A stretch of DNA of 33,771 nucleotides from Promethearchaeota archaeon (GTDB lineage: Archaea; Asgardarchaeota; Lokiarchaeia; Sigyniarchaeales; SOKP01), in the NCBI GenBank assembly GCA_018238625.1, contig JABCSY010000044.1:1-33771 (forward strand). The letters run 5' to 3'. This document shows positions 10,038-19,654 of the stretch, in pieces. The notes under the pieces were generated by a model. That model ran no database searches and had not been told where the DNA came from. It worked only from the letters and a program-made list of their open reading frames with translations. Made by a program: the position numbers and the translations under genes. Numbering within the stretch: the stretch's first letter is position 1; each line of letters opens with the position of its first letter.

Positions 10038-10199
10038 CGGTATTCTCTAAATCTTTTTGAAATTTTGCTGTTCTTTCACTATTCTTTTTCAATAATTTTA
10101 CAAAATTCAAAATATTTAAAGGAATTAGGTTAATAGAATAAATATTAATTAAATCTTAATTTAAAAATTTAAATAAAAAAAAATGAAAAGTGAAGAAAA

Positions 10200-12320
10200 A
10201 TGGCAGTGCCAATAATTTTAAGTGTTGCACTAATCGCAGGGATAATTTCAATCGTTCTGGCCATAATTTTTAGATCTTTAGTTTTAAAAGAAGATCCTGG
10301 CAACGAAAGAATGCAAGAAGTCGCTGGATATATCGAAGAAGGGGCTAAAACATACCTAAAAGTCCAATATAAAGTTCTTGGAATCTTTGTAGGAGTACTT
10401 TTTCTCGTTATGTTATTCTTACTTCCTAATATGACGAATCCTGGGACATTAAATTGGGAACAAGCGTTAGCGTACTTAATTGGTTGTGTGGGTTCTATGC
10501 TCGCAGGTTGGTTAGGTATGTATGTTGGTGTTAAAGCAAATACAAGAGCTGCACAAGGTTGTACCAAAGGCACAAAAGCTGGTTTTGACGTAGCATTTTT
10601 CGGAGGAGCAGTAATGGGTTTAGCCGTGGTGGGAGTTGCTTTGATAGGCGTATCAATAATCTATTGGATTTTTGAGTCCCCTCTTGTTGTGTTAGGGTTT
10701 AGCTTCGGTGCCAGTAGTATAGCTTTGTTTATGAAGTGTGGCGGTGGGATATTTACGAAAACGGCAGATGTAGGTGCTGATTTAGTAGGAAAAGCTGAAT
10801 ACAATCTACCTGAAGATGATCCAAGAAATCCAGCAACGATCGCTGATAATGTAGGTGATAATGTTGGCGACATAGCAGGAATGGGTAGTGACCTATTCGA
10901 TTCTTATGTTGCATCCATTGTTGCAGCAATGATGCTTGCAGCAGCTTTTGGAGTAATAGGCACCATTAAAGCACCTTTCGCAAATGTAACATTAACAGCT
11001 GCTGGGACCTCTGTATTTATTGTTACTCCAGTTGTTTATTGCGGTGTAGGCTTAATTGCTTCGCTAATAGGAATCTATGTAATAAAAAAAAAAGGTTCTG
11101 AAGAACCTGGAAAAGCTTTAAACACAGGAACTTATTTAGCAACTTTAATCTATTTTGCATTTTCCGCTTTAATAACGATTGCCCTATCAATTGGATTAGG
11201 ATCCGAAGAGGTGGGCTTATTATGGCGAATCTGGGGTACATCAGCTATTGGACTTGGATCTGGTATTGTTTTAGGTTTTACGAGCGATTATTTTACTCGG
11301 GAAGATAAAAAACCAACAAAAAACATAGCTCATGCTGCTAAAGAAGGTCATGCCGTTGTAATTCTTTCTGGTTTCTCATATGGGCTTCTAAGTGTTGCTC
11401 CTCCTGCAATAGGGGTTATACTTGCTATGACAATTTCATTCTGGTTAGCTGGAGTATTTGGTGTAGCAATGGCCGCTGTTGGAATGTTAGCAATTGTAGG
11501 AACAATAGTAACAAATGATGCGTATGGTCCAATCGTTGACAACGCGAGAGCTATTGCAGAACAAGGAGAATTAGGTGATGAAGTAATTAGAACTGCTGAT
11601 AAATTAGATTCTGCTGGTAACACCGCCAAAGCAATTACAAAGGGATTCGCAATTGGAGCTGCGAACTTAACCGTTATGGCTTTAATGTTTTCCTTTGCCG
11701 AAGAGGCTGGAATTACTGTTATAGATTTATTAAGCGTCAATGTTCTAATAGGTGCCTTTATAGGAGTTGTTATACCTGCTTTCTTCTCTGCATTATTGAT
11801 ATTAGCTGTCCAAAGAAATGCAGCGAAGATGGTCGATGAAATTCGTAGACAATTTGAAGAAAACCCTAAAATATTAACTGGTGAAGAACCCGCTGATTTT
11901 CATAAAACAATTGATATTGCAACAAAAGGTTCGTTGCGTGAGTTAATTATACCAAGCATTCTTTCTATAACCGTTCCTATTGGTGTTGGAATTATTTTTG
12001 GTGTAGCTTCCTTAGGCGCGTTCTTAGCTGGAGCTATCTTATCCGGATTTGTATTTGCAGTGTTTATGAGTAACGCTGGTGGAGCATGGGATAACGCGAA
12101 GAAATGGATTGAAGACGGAAACTTAGGTGGAAAAGGAACTGAAGTACATAAAGCCAGTATAACGGGAGATACGGTCGGAGACCCCTTTAAAGACACAGCA
12201 GGTCCAAGCATTAACACTCTTTTAGTGGTAATGTCGCTTACAGCATCGATTTTCATGGGTTTACTTCTGATGTTTAACGACGGAGCTGGATTGCTTGGAA
12301 ACTTACTTACTATATTCTAA
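10200..12320 (+). CDS. hppA: membrane-bound pyrophosphatase, K+-independent type
   Basis: GGGIFTKTADVGADLVGK.E..PEDDPRNPATIADNVGDNVGD, DAYGPIVDNA, GNTAKAITKG (Lys at the K+-determinant site), GGAWDNAKK, GDTVGDPFKDTAGP. Confidence 0.96.
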   Translation: MAVPIILSVALIAGIISIVLAIIFRSLVLKEDPGNERMQEVAGYIEEGAKTYLKVQYKVLGIFVGVLFLVMLFLLPNMTNPGTLNWEQALAYLIGCVGSMLAGWLGMYVGVKANTRAAQGCTKGTKAGFDVAFFGGAVMGLAVVGVALIGVSIIYWIFESPLVVLGFSFGASSIALFMKCGGGIFTKTADVGADLVGKAEYNLPEDDPRNPATIADNVGDNVGDIAGMGSDLFDSYVASIVAAMMLAAAFGVIGTIKAPFANVTLTAAGTSVFIVTPVVYCGVGLIASLIGIYVIKKKGSEEPGKALNTGTYLATLIYFAFSALITIALSIGLGSEEVGLLWRIWGTSAIGLGSGIVLGFTSDYFTREDKKPTKNIAHAAKEGHAVVILSGFSYGLLSVAPPAIGVILAMTISFWLAGVFGVAMAAVGMLAIVGTIVTNDAYGPIVDNARAIAEQGELGDEVIRTADKLDSAGNTAKAITKGFAIGAANLTVMALMFSFAEEAGITVIDLLSVNVLIGAFIGVVIPAFFSALLILAVQRNAAKMVDEIRRQFEENPKILTGEEPADFHKTIDIATKGSLRELIIPSILSITVPIGVGIIFGVASLGAFLAGAILSGFVFAVFMSNAGGAWDNAKKWIEDGNLGGKGTEVHKASITGDTVGDPFKDTAGPSINTLLVVMSLTASIFMGLLLMFNDGAGLLGNLLTIF

Positions 12321-12426
12321 TTCAAAATATTAAGCAAAAATAAAATTATTTCTTTCTTTTTTTTATAATTCTGTAAAAAACAATCTCTGTGATATACAGA
12401 TTGAGCTTCAAATTAAAAAGTATTAT

Positions 12427-13827
12427 TTGAAACCTAATATTTTGGAATTTACAGATTTAGACATTAAAACCATCGATCAGAATTTAGCTATGACGGAAAA
12501 GAAATTTCTAAACAAACAAGAGCACGCAAAATATTTGGAAAAGTATAATATTCACCCTAATCGTGCGATGCTAACGATTATTCTTAGCATTATCGTTGAT
12601 GTTTTCGGCTACACCATGGTACTTCCTTTGCTACCGAGTATTGTTAAAGATTTTGGCGCTTCTGATTTCTTCGTCGGAATCCTTATCGCCTCTAATGCTT
12701 TTACTGCAATGATTTTTGGGCCAATCTGGGGGAAATTAAGCGATAAGTATGGTCGCAAGCGTATTCTTGTGATTTCCCAGGCAGGAACAGGCTTATCTTT
12801 CTTAATATTAGCCACATCTAATTCAGTCTATATAATCATGTTTTCACGAATGCTTGATGGCGTTTTTGGCGGTCAAATCCCTGTTATACGTGCTTACATT
12901 TCAGATATCACAACCCCTAAGACAAGAGCTGAAGAAATGAGTAAAATAATGGTTGGTCATGTTGTAGGAATGATTATAGGGCCTATAATTGGTGGATTTT
13001 TAGGGGCTATAAATTGGCGCTATCCTGCTATATTAGCTAGCTTTTTGTCGATTATTGCAATTACGTTAACTTTAAAGGTACTAATTGAGAGCATGCCAAA
13101 AGAAAGAATTGCCGATATTAAACTCCGCTTAGCGACGAATGAAAATAGTTCGGATAACAATGGGCGTATATGGAATAAAGAAGTTAATCTCCGTTTTGTA
13201 CAAATTTTCCTATTATTTATGATTACAGTAATGGTCAACTCGAGTTTTCCTTTGTTTTTAGACAATAGATATGGCGCTGGCCCTTCGATCATTGGTTCAG
13301 TAATGAGTGTGGCTGGAATTGTAGTATTGATTTATGCTGGAATCTTAATGAAACCAATGTTGCGTAAATTTGGAGAAAAAAGAGTGCTAATTTTTGGCTT
13401 TATACTACTAATCGTGATCTTCTTATTCTTTCCCTATCTGACCGAATTATGGATGATTTACGTCTTTGTCGTCCCATTTGCCTTTTGCATGGCGGTTATC
13501 CCTCCTCTGATCCAAAGTAACCTTACTAAAGCAATAGATCCAGACAAACAAGGAGAAGCAAGTGGATGGACGACGAATTTTCAATCAATCTCTCAAATTA
13601 TTGCTCCTTTAGTTTCTACTGGATTTTTAGAAATAGGTGGATTAGTTGTTTTTTCAATCTTCTTCTTTAATTCTTATCAATTAATAGGTTTTACAGCAGT
13701 GATACTTGGTATAGCATTATTAATAGTTGGGGTTATTGATCTTAGATCGCATCCCCATCTTTACTCTCGCGATGAACCTAAAAGTAAGGAAATCGCAAAA
13801 GAAGAACCAAATCAGCTTCAAGAGTGA
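12427..13827 (+). CDS. MFS transporter, TetA/DHA1-like (start may be ATG 12490)
   Basis: Motif A GKLSDKYGRKRIL; SRMLDG; motif C IGPIIGG; ~12 TM segments. Confidence 0.9.
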   Translation: MKPNILEFTDLDIKTIDQNLAMTEKKFLNKQEHAKYLEKYNIHPNRAMLTIILSIIVDVFGYTMVLPLLPSIVKDFGASDFFVGILIASNAFTAMIFGPIWGKLSDKYGRKRILVISQAGTGLSFLILATSNSVYIIMFSRMLDGVFGGQIPVIRAYISDITTPKTRAEEMSKIMVGHVVGMIIGPIIGGFLGAINWRYPAILASFLSIIAITLTLKVLIESMPKERIADIKLRLATNENSSDNNGRIWNKEVNLRFVQIFLLFMITVMVNSSFPLFLDNRYGAGPSIIGSVMSVAGIVVLIYAGILMKPMLRKFGEKRVLIFGFILLIVIFLFFPYLTELWMIYVFVVPFAFCMAVIPPLIQSNLTKAIDPDKQGEASGWTTNFQSISQIIAPLVSTGFLEIGGLVVFSIFFFNSYQLIGFTAVILGIALLIVGVIDLRSHPHLYSRDEPKSKEIAKEEPNQLQE

Positions 13828-13913
13828 AACATAAAAAGGTCAAAGTTTAAAAAAATAAGATAAGCTTTTTACTTCTTATTTGATTTTATACACATAATAA
13901 ATTATTTCCTTTA

Positions 13914-14669
13914 GTGAAAAATATGGTTTTAGAATTAACAGAATTTTTACAAGGAAGTTTTAACTTAATATTCGTCTTAATTTCTATTGTAGTCGGTCTA
14001 ACGATACTAAGTAGATATTTCAAATATAAGAAGTTTCATTTTTTCTTAGTAGGAATTATTTGGATCGGAATCTCTACGCCTTGGTTACATGGAGCTATTG
14101 CCTTTATTATCTACTTCTTCGATCCTTTACTTATTGAAACTGCCGAGTTTATAACAATTAGGTTTATCATTGGGTATACATCGATTCCTATAATAACCAC
14201 TTTATGGTTTGTTGTTTTCACAGACCTTAAGTATCAAAAAGAAAAGAGGTATCTCATCTGGTTATACGCATTAATAGGCGCGATCTGTGAGGGTTTATTT
14301 TTCGCATTTCTGTTTACAAATCAATACGACCTGATTGGTTACTTTAGCGGACCATTTACAGCAATTTACAGACCATATACTCGATTTTCCTTATTATTTT
14401 TTCTAGGTTCCTCTTTAGTAACATTTCTTATATTTGCTGCCAGTTCGCTGAAATCAGAAAGCCCTGAAATAAGGTTAAAAGGAAAATTCTTGATAATTGC
14501 GTTTCTAACGTATACGATATGTGCTTTGTTAGATTCATTTGCATTCTTTTTGACCCAACCAATTATGGTGGTTTTAATTCGTATCTTTTTAATGCTCAGT
14601 GCAATAGAATTTTATTTTGGATGGATTTTACCCGATTTTATCAAGAAGATATTCATTAAAAATGAGTAA
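13914..14669 (+). CDS. hypothetical 7-TM membrane protein (start likely ATG 13923)
   Basis: Seven hydrophobic segments, C-terminal FYFGWILP; no catalytic motif recognised. Confidence 0.75.
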   Translation: MKNMVLELTEFLQGSFNLIFVLISIVVGLTILSRYFKYKKFHFFLVGIIWIGISTPWLHGAIAFIIYFFDPLLIETAEFITIRFIIGYTSIPIITTLWFVVFTDLKYQKEKRYLIWLYALIGAICEGLFFAFLFTNQYDLIGYFSGPFTAIYRPYTRFSLLFFLGSSLVTFLIFAASSLKSESPEIRLKGKFLIIAFLTYTICALLDSFAFFLTQPIMVVLIRIFLMLSAIEFYFGWILPDFIKKIFIKNE

Positions 14670-14719
14670 CTCTATTTAAATTACTTTTTTTTTTTATTTT
14701 TAAGGATTTTGTAAATTCT

Positions 14720-14740
14720 AAAATAATTATATATTTATAG
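14720..14740 (+). promoter_or_regulatory. putative BRE/TATA promoter of RNase P RNA
   Basis: AAAATAA followed by TTATATAT about 25-30 nt upstream of the predicted RNA 5' end. Confidence 0.45.
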
Positions 14741-14760
14741 TAAAGACACTTTTTGACACA

Positions 14761-15089
14761 TGACACATGAAATATGGGGTTGACGGTGAACTAGATTCGC
14801 TGAGGAACCTCGCCTCACATTCCAAGCAAGGAGTAGAGAACTATTACGGTGAAAATCGTATTTTAGCAACTGAAACGGCACTGCCCTTTTACATACATTA
14901 ATGACTTGGATTTAAGCCAGAGAAATTGTAATCGGGAACGGTTGGAACGAGCTAAAACCTTGGTGTAAGGCCAAATGAAGGCGATGAGTATTTGGAACGA
15001 GCTTTAGGTAGGCCGCTTAGTTTGATGCCCCACCTATTTCTTGGTAACGAGAAGTAGTACAAAAAGGCGGGTATATATCTCAGGTGTCA
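14761..15089 (+). ncRNA. rnpB: archaeal type-A RNase P RNA
   Basis: P1 TGACAC/GTGTCA; P2 TGGGGT/GCCCCA; GAGGAA (CR-I, 14802); P4 ACC[U]CGCCU/AGGCGGGU; GCAACTGAAAC (CR-II); TGGAACG (CR-III); GGTGTAAGGCCAAA and GGTAGGCCGCTTAG (P5/P15); P6 TTCCAA/TTGGAA; P7 CAAGG/CCTTG; P10 TTTTAGC/GCTAAAA; P19 CTATTTCTT/GAGAAGTAG; T tract after 15089. Confidence 0.93.
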
Positions 15090-15105
15090 TTTTTTCTTTC
15101 TAAAT

Positions 15106-15810
15106 TTACGCATCCAGAGGAAGATATATTGCAATTTTGCACACTTCGTCTCCTTTCATAACAGATTCTAAAACCTTAACTTTTACGGATCTTTGAAGTA
15201 TTTCTTCCCAGATACCTTTGAAAAAACCTGCTCCACAGTAGCAATAAATTTCTGGTAAATTCTCTATTGACGATTTTAAAGCGTCTCTAACGCGAGGACA
15301 ATGGCAATAAATAGCCCTTTTTTCGTCTGGATCAGTCGTTTCGAAATATTGTTTGATATAAGCGCTTTTAGGAATCTTGGTAGCTATAATTACATTTCCT
15401 TCCTTAACTCCAGCAGTACTCCATCCTTTTTTAATAATTTTTTTGATAAGATCTTCATTTAATTTAAGGGTATCCTTGAGCAAGGATTCAAATTGTTGTT
15501 GTAGCATTCGATGTGCTACGTTAATATCCTTTGTTTGTTCGTACTTTTCTCTTATCTCTTGTAATTGAGACTTTGAGTAATTACAAGCGCATCCCGTCAT
15601 GATGTCAATTTGTTTTTCTTCGTCAACTAGAGAACCTAATCTTTCCATAGCTTGATTAGACCAGTTAATAACCTCTTCTCTGGATGATGCATCTGAAAGC
15701 TTTTCACTTCCGACCATTACATCTTTTCTAACTTCTTCCCCGGCAACCTCATCTAAACAGTTCGAAAACTTATTTAGCCAATACTTTTCAAAGTCAAATT
15801 CCTCGGTCAT
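15106..15810 (-). CDS. Cys-rich conserved hypothetical protein (DUF6144/V4R-like)
   Basis: GCAC, YCHCP, YCYCGAG and ESV..GDEVC pattern typical of V4R-like metal-binding folds. Confidence 0.65.
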   Translation of the reverse strand: MTEEFDFEKYWLNKFSNCLDEVAGEEVRKDVMVGSEKLSDASSREEVINWSNQAMERLGSLVDEEKQIDIMTGCACNYSKSQLQEIREKYEQTKDINVAHRMLQQQFESLLKDTLKLNEDLIKKIIKKGWSTAGVKEGNVIIATKIPKSAYIKQYFETTDPDEKRAIYCHCPRVRDALKSSIENLPEIYCYCGAGFFKGIWEEILQRSVKVKVLESVMKGDEVCKIAIYLPLDA

Positions 15811-15993
15811 TCGATTTACACTTTTTCCTAATTTGCTTTTTCTAAATGAAGTTTAATTTAGTAATTAATGTCACCAAATAAGAATTTAGACGTTTAATTG
15901 TCTACTATTCTTAGAAAAAGCAATCTACCTTTAAAATTAAATAAAAAAAAAAACAAAAAAAATTGAAAAATAAAATAAAAAAAGAATATTTGT

Positions 15994-16671
15994 TTATTGC
16001 CCAACCTCTTTCAAGATTGAAGGAATTATAGCTCGAAAATTCGACATGTCGCTTAAACCCTCGTTCCCATCTGTAGGTTTTACGATATTTAATATTGCAA
16101 CGCTCGCTCCGTTAAAATAGGCTCTTCTCACGCTTTCTTTTGTCAATCCACCGGCAACAGATATGAGAACATCGTACTTAGAGCGTATTTTATTAATGTC
16201 TTTGTACCTAATTATGCTTCTTGGGTTTGCTTCCTCGTCTCGCCCCTTATGGATAACTACTCCCTTTGGTTTGTTTTTTAGCGCAAAAAGCTTTTTTAAT
16301 GGATTATCCTGTCCTAACATGTCGATCATTGATAAAACATTATATTGATCGCATGTCTTACTAAAGAAATCCAGAGTATCTTTTGGAGCAGTACCCGCAG
16401 CAGTAACGGCATTGGCTCCTGCATTATATGCCATCGCAACCTCTTCTTGAGCGCCGTCAATAACTTTAAGATCAGCGACGATTAATCCTTGCCAATACCT
16501 CCTTATTAATCTGATGCCATTCTGGCCTTCTCTTTTAACGAATGGGGTCCCAGCTTCTATTATGATTCTCGGGTCGTGAGGAATTTGAGGCAGTATCCGC
16601 CTAACCTCTTGAATGGTGTGATTAAATGCGATTTGGATGTATCTGGTGCTGAAATTGAAAGTTCTACTCAT
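15994..16671 (-). CDS. 3-hexulose-6-phosphate synthase / KGPDC-like TIM barrel (OMPDC superfamily), divergent
   Basis: YIQIAFN, IIEAGTP, ADLK..DG, DML, H.G.DEE, VAGG; resembles the HPS domain of Fae-Hps. Confidence 0.8.
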   Translation of the reverse strand: MSRTFNFSTRYIQIAFNHTIQEVRRILPQIPHDPRIIIEAGTPFVKREGQNGIRLIRRYWQGLIVADLKVIDGAQEEVAMAYNAGANAVTAAGTAPKDTLDFFSKTCDQYNVLSMIDMLGQDNPLKKLFALKNKPKGVVIHKGRDEEANPRSIIRYKDINKIRSKYDVLISVAGGLTKESVRRAYFNGASVAILNIVKPTDGNEGLSDMSNFRAIIPSILKEVGQ

Positions 16672-16690
16672 TGATGTTCACCACAGTTAA

Positions 16691-17464
16691 TTAGAATTTC
16701 TTCAATAACTCGTTAATTCCGCCTGGCATGAAAATAACTATCTTCTCAGAGGGGTCTTGTGAAATATCTCGAATTGTTTGAAGTGTCCTTAATTGAAGTG
16801 CCCCTGGGTCCGATGCCATCATATTCGCTGCTTTTACTAAATTTTCAGCTGCTCCGAGCTCGCCCTCACTCGCAATTATTACGGCACGCTTTTCCCGCTC
16901 TGCTTCTGCTTGTTTTGCCATAGCTCTCTTCATCTCGGCAGGAAGTTCAAGCTCCTGAATATTGATACTCTTAATGTCGATGCCCCAGTCGCTAGTCGCT
17001 TGGTCAACGATGCTCCTAATGTCTGTAGCAACTTTTTCCCTATCAGTTAAAACTTCGTCCAATTCCATGTTTCCCATGACATCTCTCAACGCGGCTTGCG
17101 TGTACTGACGCACGGCATAAGCGAAATTCTCAATTTTTATGATTGCGTCTTCTGGCTTTTCAACTTTATAGTACACTACTGTATTTGCTAAGACAGGTAT
17201 GTTGTCTCTTGTCATCACTTCTTGACGAGGAACATCTGCCGTGATGATTCTCAAGTCAACCTTCTGAGACTTCTCTAAGACCGGGACTATATAGACCACA
17301 CCTGGGCCAATCGTGCGCTTATATTTCCCTAACCTAAAGATTACGAGCCTTTCGTATTCTAAAACCACCTTAATACCCGCCAATAGCCAGCATCCTAAAA
17401 AAATTACTAAGCCAATTGTGACGGGAAATACTAAAAATAACCAATCCAATTCTTGTAATAACAT
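16691..17464 (-). CDS. SPFH/band 7 stomatin-like (slipin) protein
   Basis: N-terminal TM; EYERLVIFRLG, GPG, VDLR, QEVMTRDN, WGI, AMAKQAEAEREKRA, ALQLRTLQT. Confidence 0.93.
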   Translation of the reverse strand: MLLQELDWLFLVFPVTIGLVIFLGCWLLAGIKVVLEYERLVIFRLGKYKRTIGPGVVYIVPVLEKSQKVDLRIITADVPRQEVMTRDNIPVLANTVVYYKVEKPEDAIIKIENFAYAVRQYTQAALRDVMGNMELDEVLTDREKVATDIRSIVDQATSDWGIDIKSINIQELELPAEMKRAMAKQAEAEREKRAVIIASEGELGAAENLVKAANMMASDPGALQLRTLQTIRDISQDPSEKIVIFMPGGINELLKKF

Positions 17465-17686
17465 TTCTTATCATTTATTATATTTTAATTCGAATTTCAA
17501 GAGTTATATGGTGACTTAGAATATTTAAATGTTGTTAAAGAGTTATATTCTTTTGTCCAATAAATTGGAATTCGTGAAAATATTGTATTATTTTCTGTTT
17601 CTTGTATATTTTTATTTACTGAAGAATGTAACTCTGATTGGATGTTTTCACTCGTCCAATTTTAATACCATGACAAAATTTTATTA

Positions 17687-18037
17687 ATGCAAATTTTTAT
17701 ATATTTTCTTGATACGAAAAAACAAGGAATAATTTTACTAATCATGTCTCCATCAATATTTGAGTTTATAGGTCTATCTTTCGTAGTTATTTTCGTCGTG
17801 GTCGTTATCTTTCTTATAATTGTTATTCTCATAGTATCTAAGTTGCTAAAAATGAATGTAAACGAAGATAATTCTAAGAAGATTGCTGAAACCCCTGTTC
17901 GTTTATTAGAGCCCCTAAATAAAGTAGAAAAGAAAGAAAATAATGCGGATGTGAATGCCCAATTCTGTACTTATTGTGGAGAAAACATATCTAAGGAGCT
18001 CAAACAATGCCCGTTTTGTGGAGAAGAAAACAAATAA
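17687..18037 (+). CDS. membrane-anchored zinc-ribbon protein (start may be ATG 17744)
   Basis: Single TM followed by C-terminal FCTYCG...CPFCG. Confidence 0.75.
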   Translation: MQIFIYFLDTKKQGIILLIMSPSIFEFIGLSFVVIFVVVVIFLIIVILIVSKLLKMNVNEDNSKKIAETPVRLLEPLNKVEKKENNADVNAQFCTYCGENISKELKQCPFCGEENK

Positions 18038-18053
18038 GGGTTCTTTTTAAATT

Positions 18054-18158
18054 TTAATCGACCAAACTAAATGTTCCATCTTCAGCACCGCATTCGGGAC
18101 ATTTTTCAGGGATACACTCTAAATCGAATGTAGCTCCACACTCATCACATTTCCACAT
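18054..18158 (-). CDS. 34-aa rubredoxin-like (rubrerythrin-type) metal-binding miniprotein, not in ORF track
   Basis: MWKCDECGATFDLECIPEKCPECGAEDGTFSLVD*: W.CxxCG-x8-P..CPxCGA....F pattern. Confidence 0.8.
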   Translation of the reverse strand: MWKCDECGATFDLECIPEKCPECGAEDGTFSLVD

Positions 18159-18405
18159 TTAGCTTCTCTTTTTGGAACTATATTTTTTAAAAAAAGTAAT
18201 AAAATTATTTATAATAAAACTGAGAATTATAATAAGATTTAGGATAAGCATTATGATTTGTAAGAGCTCAAATCCACTTTAAAATTTGGTTTAAACATTT
18301 TCTACTAAAGTTGATGAAGAATTTACTTGATTAATCTAATTTCCGGTTTAAAACATATAAAATGGTTAGGATTTTTAATTTTCCTTTTTTTCACGGGAAA
18401 CTCAT

Positions 18406-18528
18406 ATGGGTTACAATGAAAAAAAGATTCTAGAACATTTACAGCGAAACACAAGAATCAAATCCAGAGCTGAAGTAAAAGCTATTGAACACACGCTTGC
18501 CAATCAAAATAGACTTAATAACGAGTAG
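18406..18528 (+). CDS. possible small hypothetical protein (40 aa)
   Basis: MGYNEKKILEHLQRNTRIKSRAEVKAIEHTLANQNRLNNE*; fills the gap and converges on dnaJ; no motif. Confidence 0.3.
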   Translation: MGYNEKKILEHLQRNTRIKSRAEVKAIEHTLANQNRLNNE

Positions 18529-18538
18529 TTGCTTTTAG

Positions 18539-19654
18539 TTAGTTTAAATCTTTGAATTTTTCCAATAATTTTCTCTGTTCTTCAGTAACTTTTTTCGGAA
18601 TTTTAATATTAATGATAATGTATTGATCTCCCTTACCTCGCCCCCTTAAATAAGTAGCGCCCCTATTTTTAATTCTAAATTCTGTACCGTGTTGGGTTCC
18701 CGCGGGTATTTTTAACTCTTTCTCAGTTAACTTCTCAGTTTTGTAATCTAACGTTGGAACTGTAGTTTCGCCCCCTAAAGTTGCTGTTACAATATCTACA
18801 TTAATTACGGTAAAAAGATCGTTTCTGCGGCGTATAAAATTTTCGTTTTCTTTAATTTTAATACCTAAATAAAGATCGCCTGGAATTGCTTTAGAAGAAG
18901 GAATATGTCCTGCCCCCTGAACCTTTAAATGAACGCCATTCTCTACGCCAGGTGGAATATTTACATGAATCGTTTTAGTTTCTGGGACTACTTTCCTTCC
19001 ATTACATATTGGACATTTCTTTTTAATTACTTTGCCTGTTCCATTGCAAGTATAGCATTCAGATTCGCGTATAATCGTTCCAAAGCCAGATTGGGTCATC
19101 TTTCTCGTTCGCCCCGATCCATTACATTGAGGGCAAACTTTCACACTTGATGGGTCCTCAGCTCCTGTTCCTTCACACTCGTCGCATGGTATGTATCTTT
19201 TAATAATTACATCTTTTTTCGTACCAAACATAGCGTTCTCAAACGTAATTTTGATATGGTCTTCAATATCTTGTCCTACTTCCCGACGTGGAGCTGATCT
19301 GGCTCTACCTCGAGAACCAAAAATGCTCCCGAAACTATCTCCAAACATACCCCCTCCAAAGATAGACCTGAGTAAATCGTCTAAACCAGGGATCCCCCCT
19401 CTGAAAACACTACTCATGTCAACATCAACGCCGCTGAAACCGTATCTATCGTAGCTCCCTCTCTTATTAGCATCGCTTAACACTTCGTATGCTTCTTGAA
19501 GCTCAATAAACTTCTCCTTGGCTTTAGGATCGGTTTTATTGAGATCGGGGTGTAATTGCCTTGCCAGACCCCTATATGCTAGCTTTATGTCATTTTCGGT
19601 AGCATCCTTATTTATTCCTAAAATTTCATAATAATCTCTTTTTTTAGAACTCAT
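18539..19654 (-). CDS. dnaJ: chaperone DnaJ (class A)
   Basis: DYYEILG, HPD, G/F-rich region, four CxxCxGxG-type zinc motifs, C-terminal GDLY/GDQY. Confidence 0.97.
   Translation of the reverse strand: MSSKKRDYYEILGINKDATENDIKLAYRGLARQLHPDLNKTDPKAKEKFIELQEAYEVLSDANKRGSYDRYGFSGVDVDMSSVFRGGIPGLDDLLRSIFGGGMFGDSFGSIFGSRGRARSAPRREVGQDIEDHIKITFENAMFGTKKDVIIKRYIPCDECEGTGAEDPSSVKVCPQCNGSGRTRKMTQSGFGTIIRESECYTCNGTGKVIKKKCPICNGRKVVPETKTIHVNIPPGVENGVHLKVQGAGHIPSSKAIPGDLYLGIKIKENENFIRRRNDLFTVINVDIVTATLGGETTVPTLDYKTEKLTEKELKIPAGTQHGTEFRIKNRGATYLRGRGKGDQYIIINIKIPKKVTEEQRKLLEKFKDLN

Noticed and set aside
10169-12256. Several antisense ORFs within hppA (and similar ones in the NosD-like gene, NMO, dnaJ, dnaK and the kinase)
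   Set aside because: Shadow ORFs of well-supported genes with no independent signals
13914-14669. 7-TM protein as a rhodopsin or GPCR
   Set aside because: No retinal-binding Lys in the last helix (IRIFLMLSAIEFYFGW) and no recognisable receptor motifs
17482-17520. Possible third, inverted copy of the 45-bp repeat
   Set aside because: Only patchy similarity in AT-rich DNA; cannot be distinguished from chance by eye
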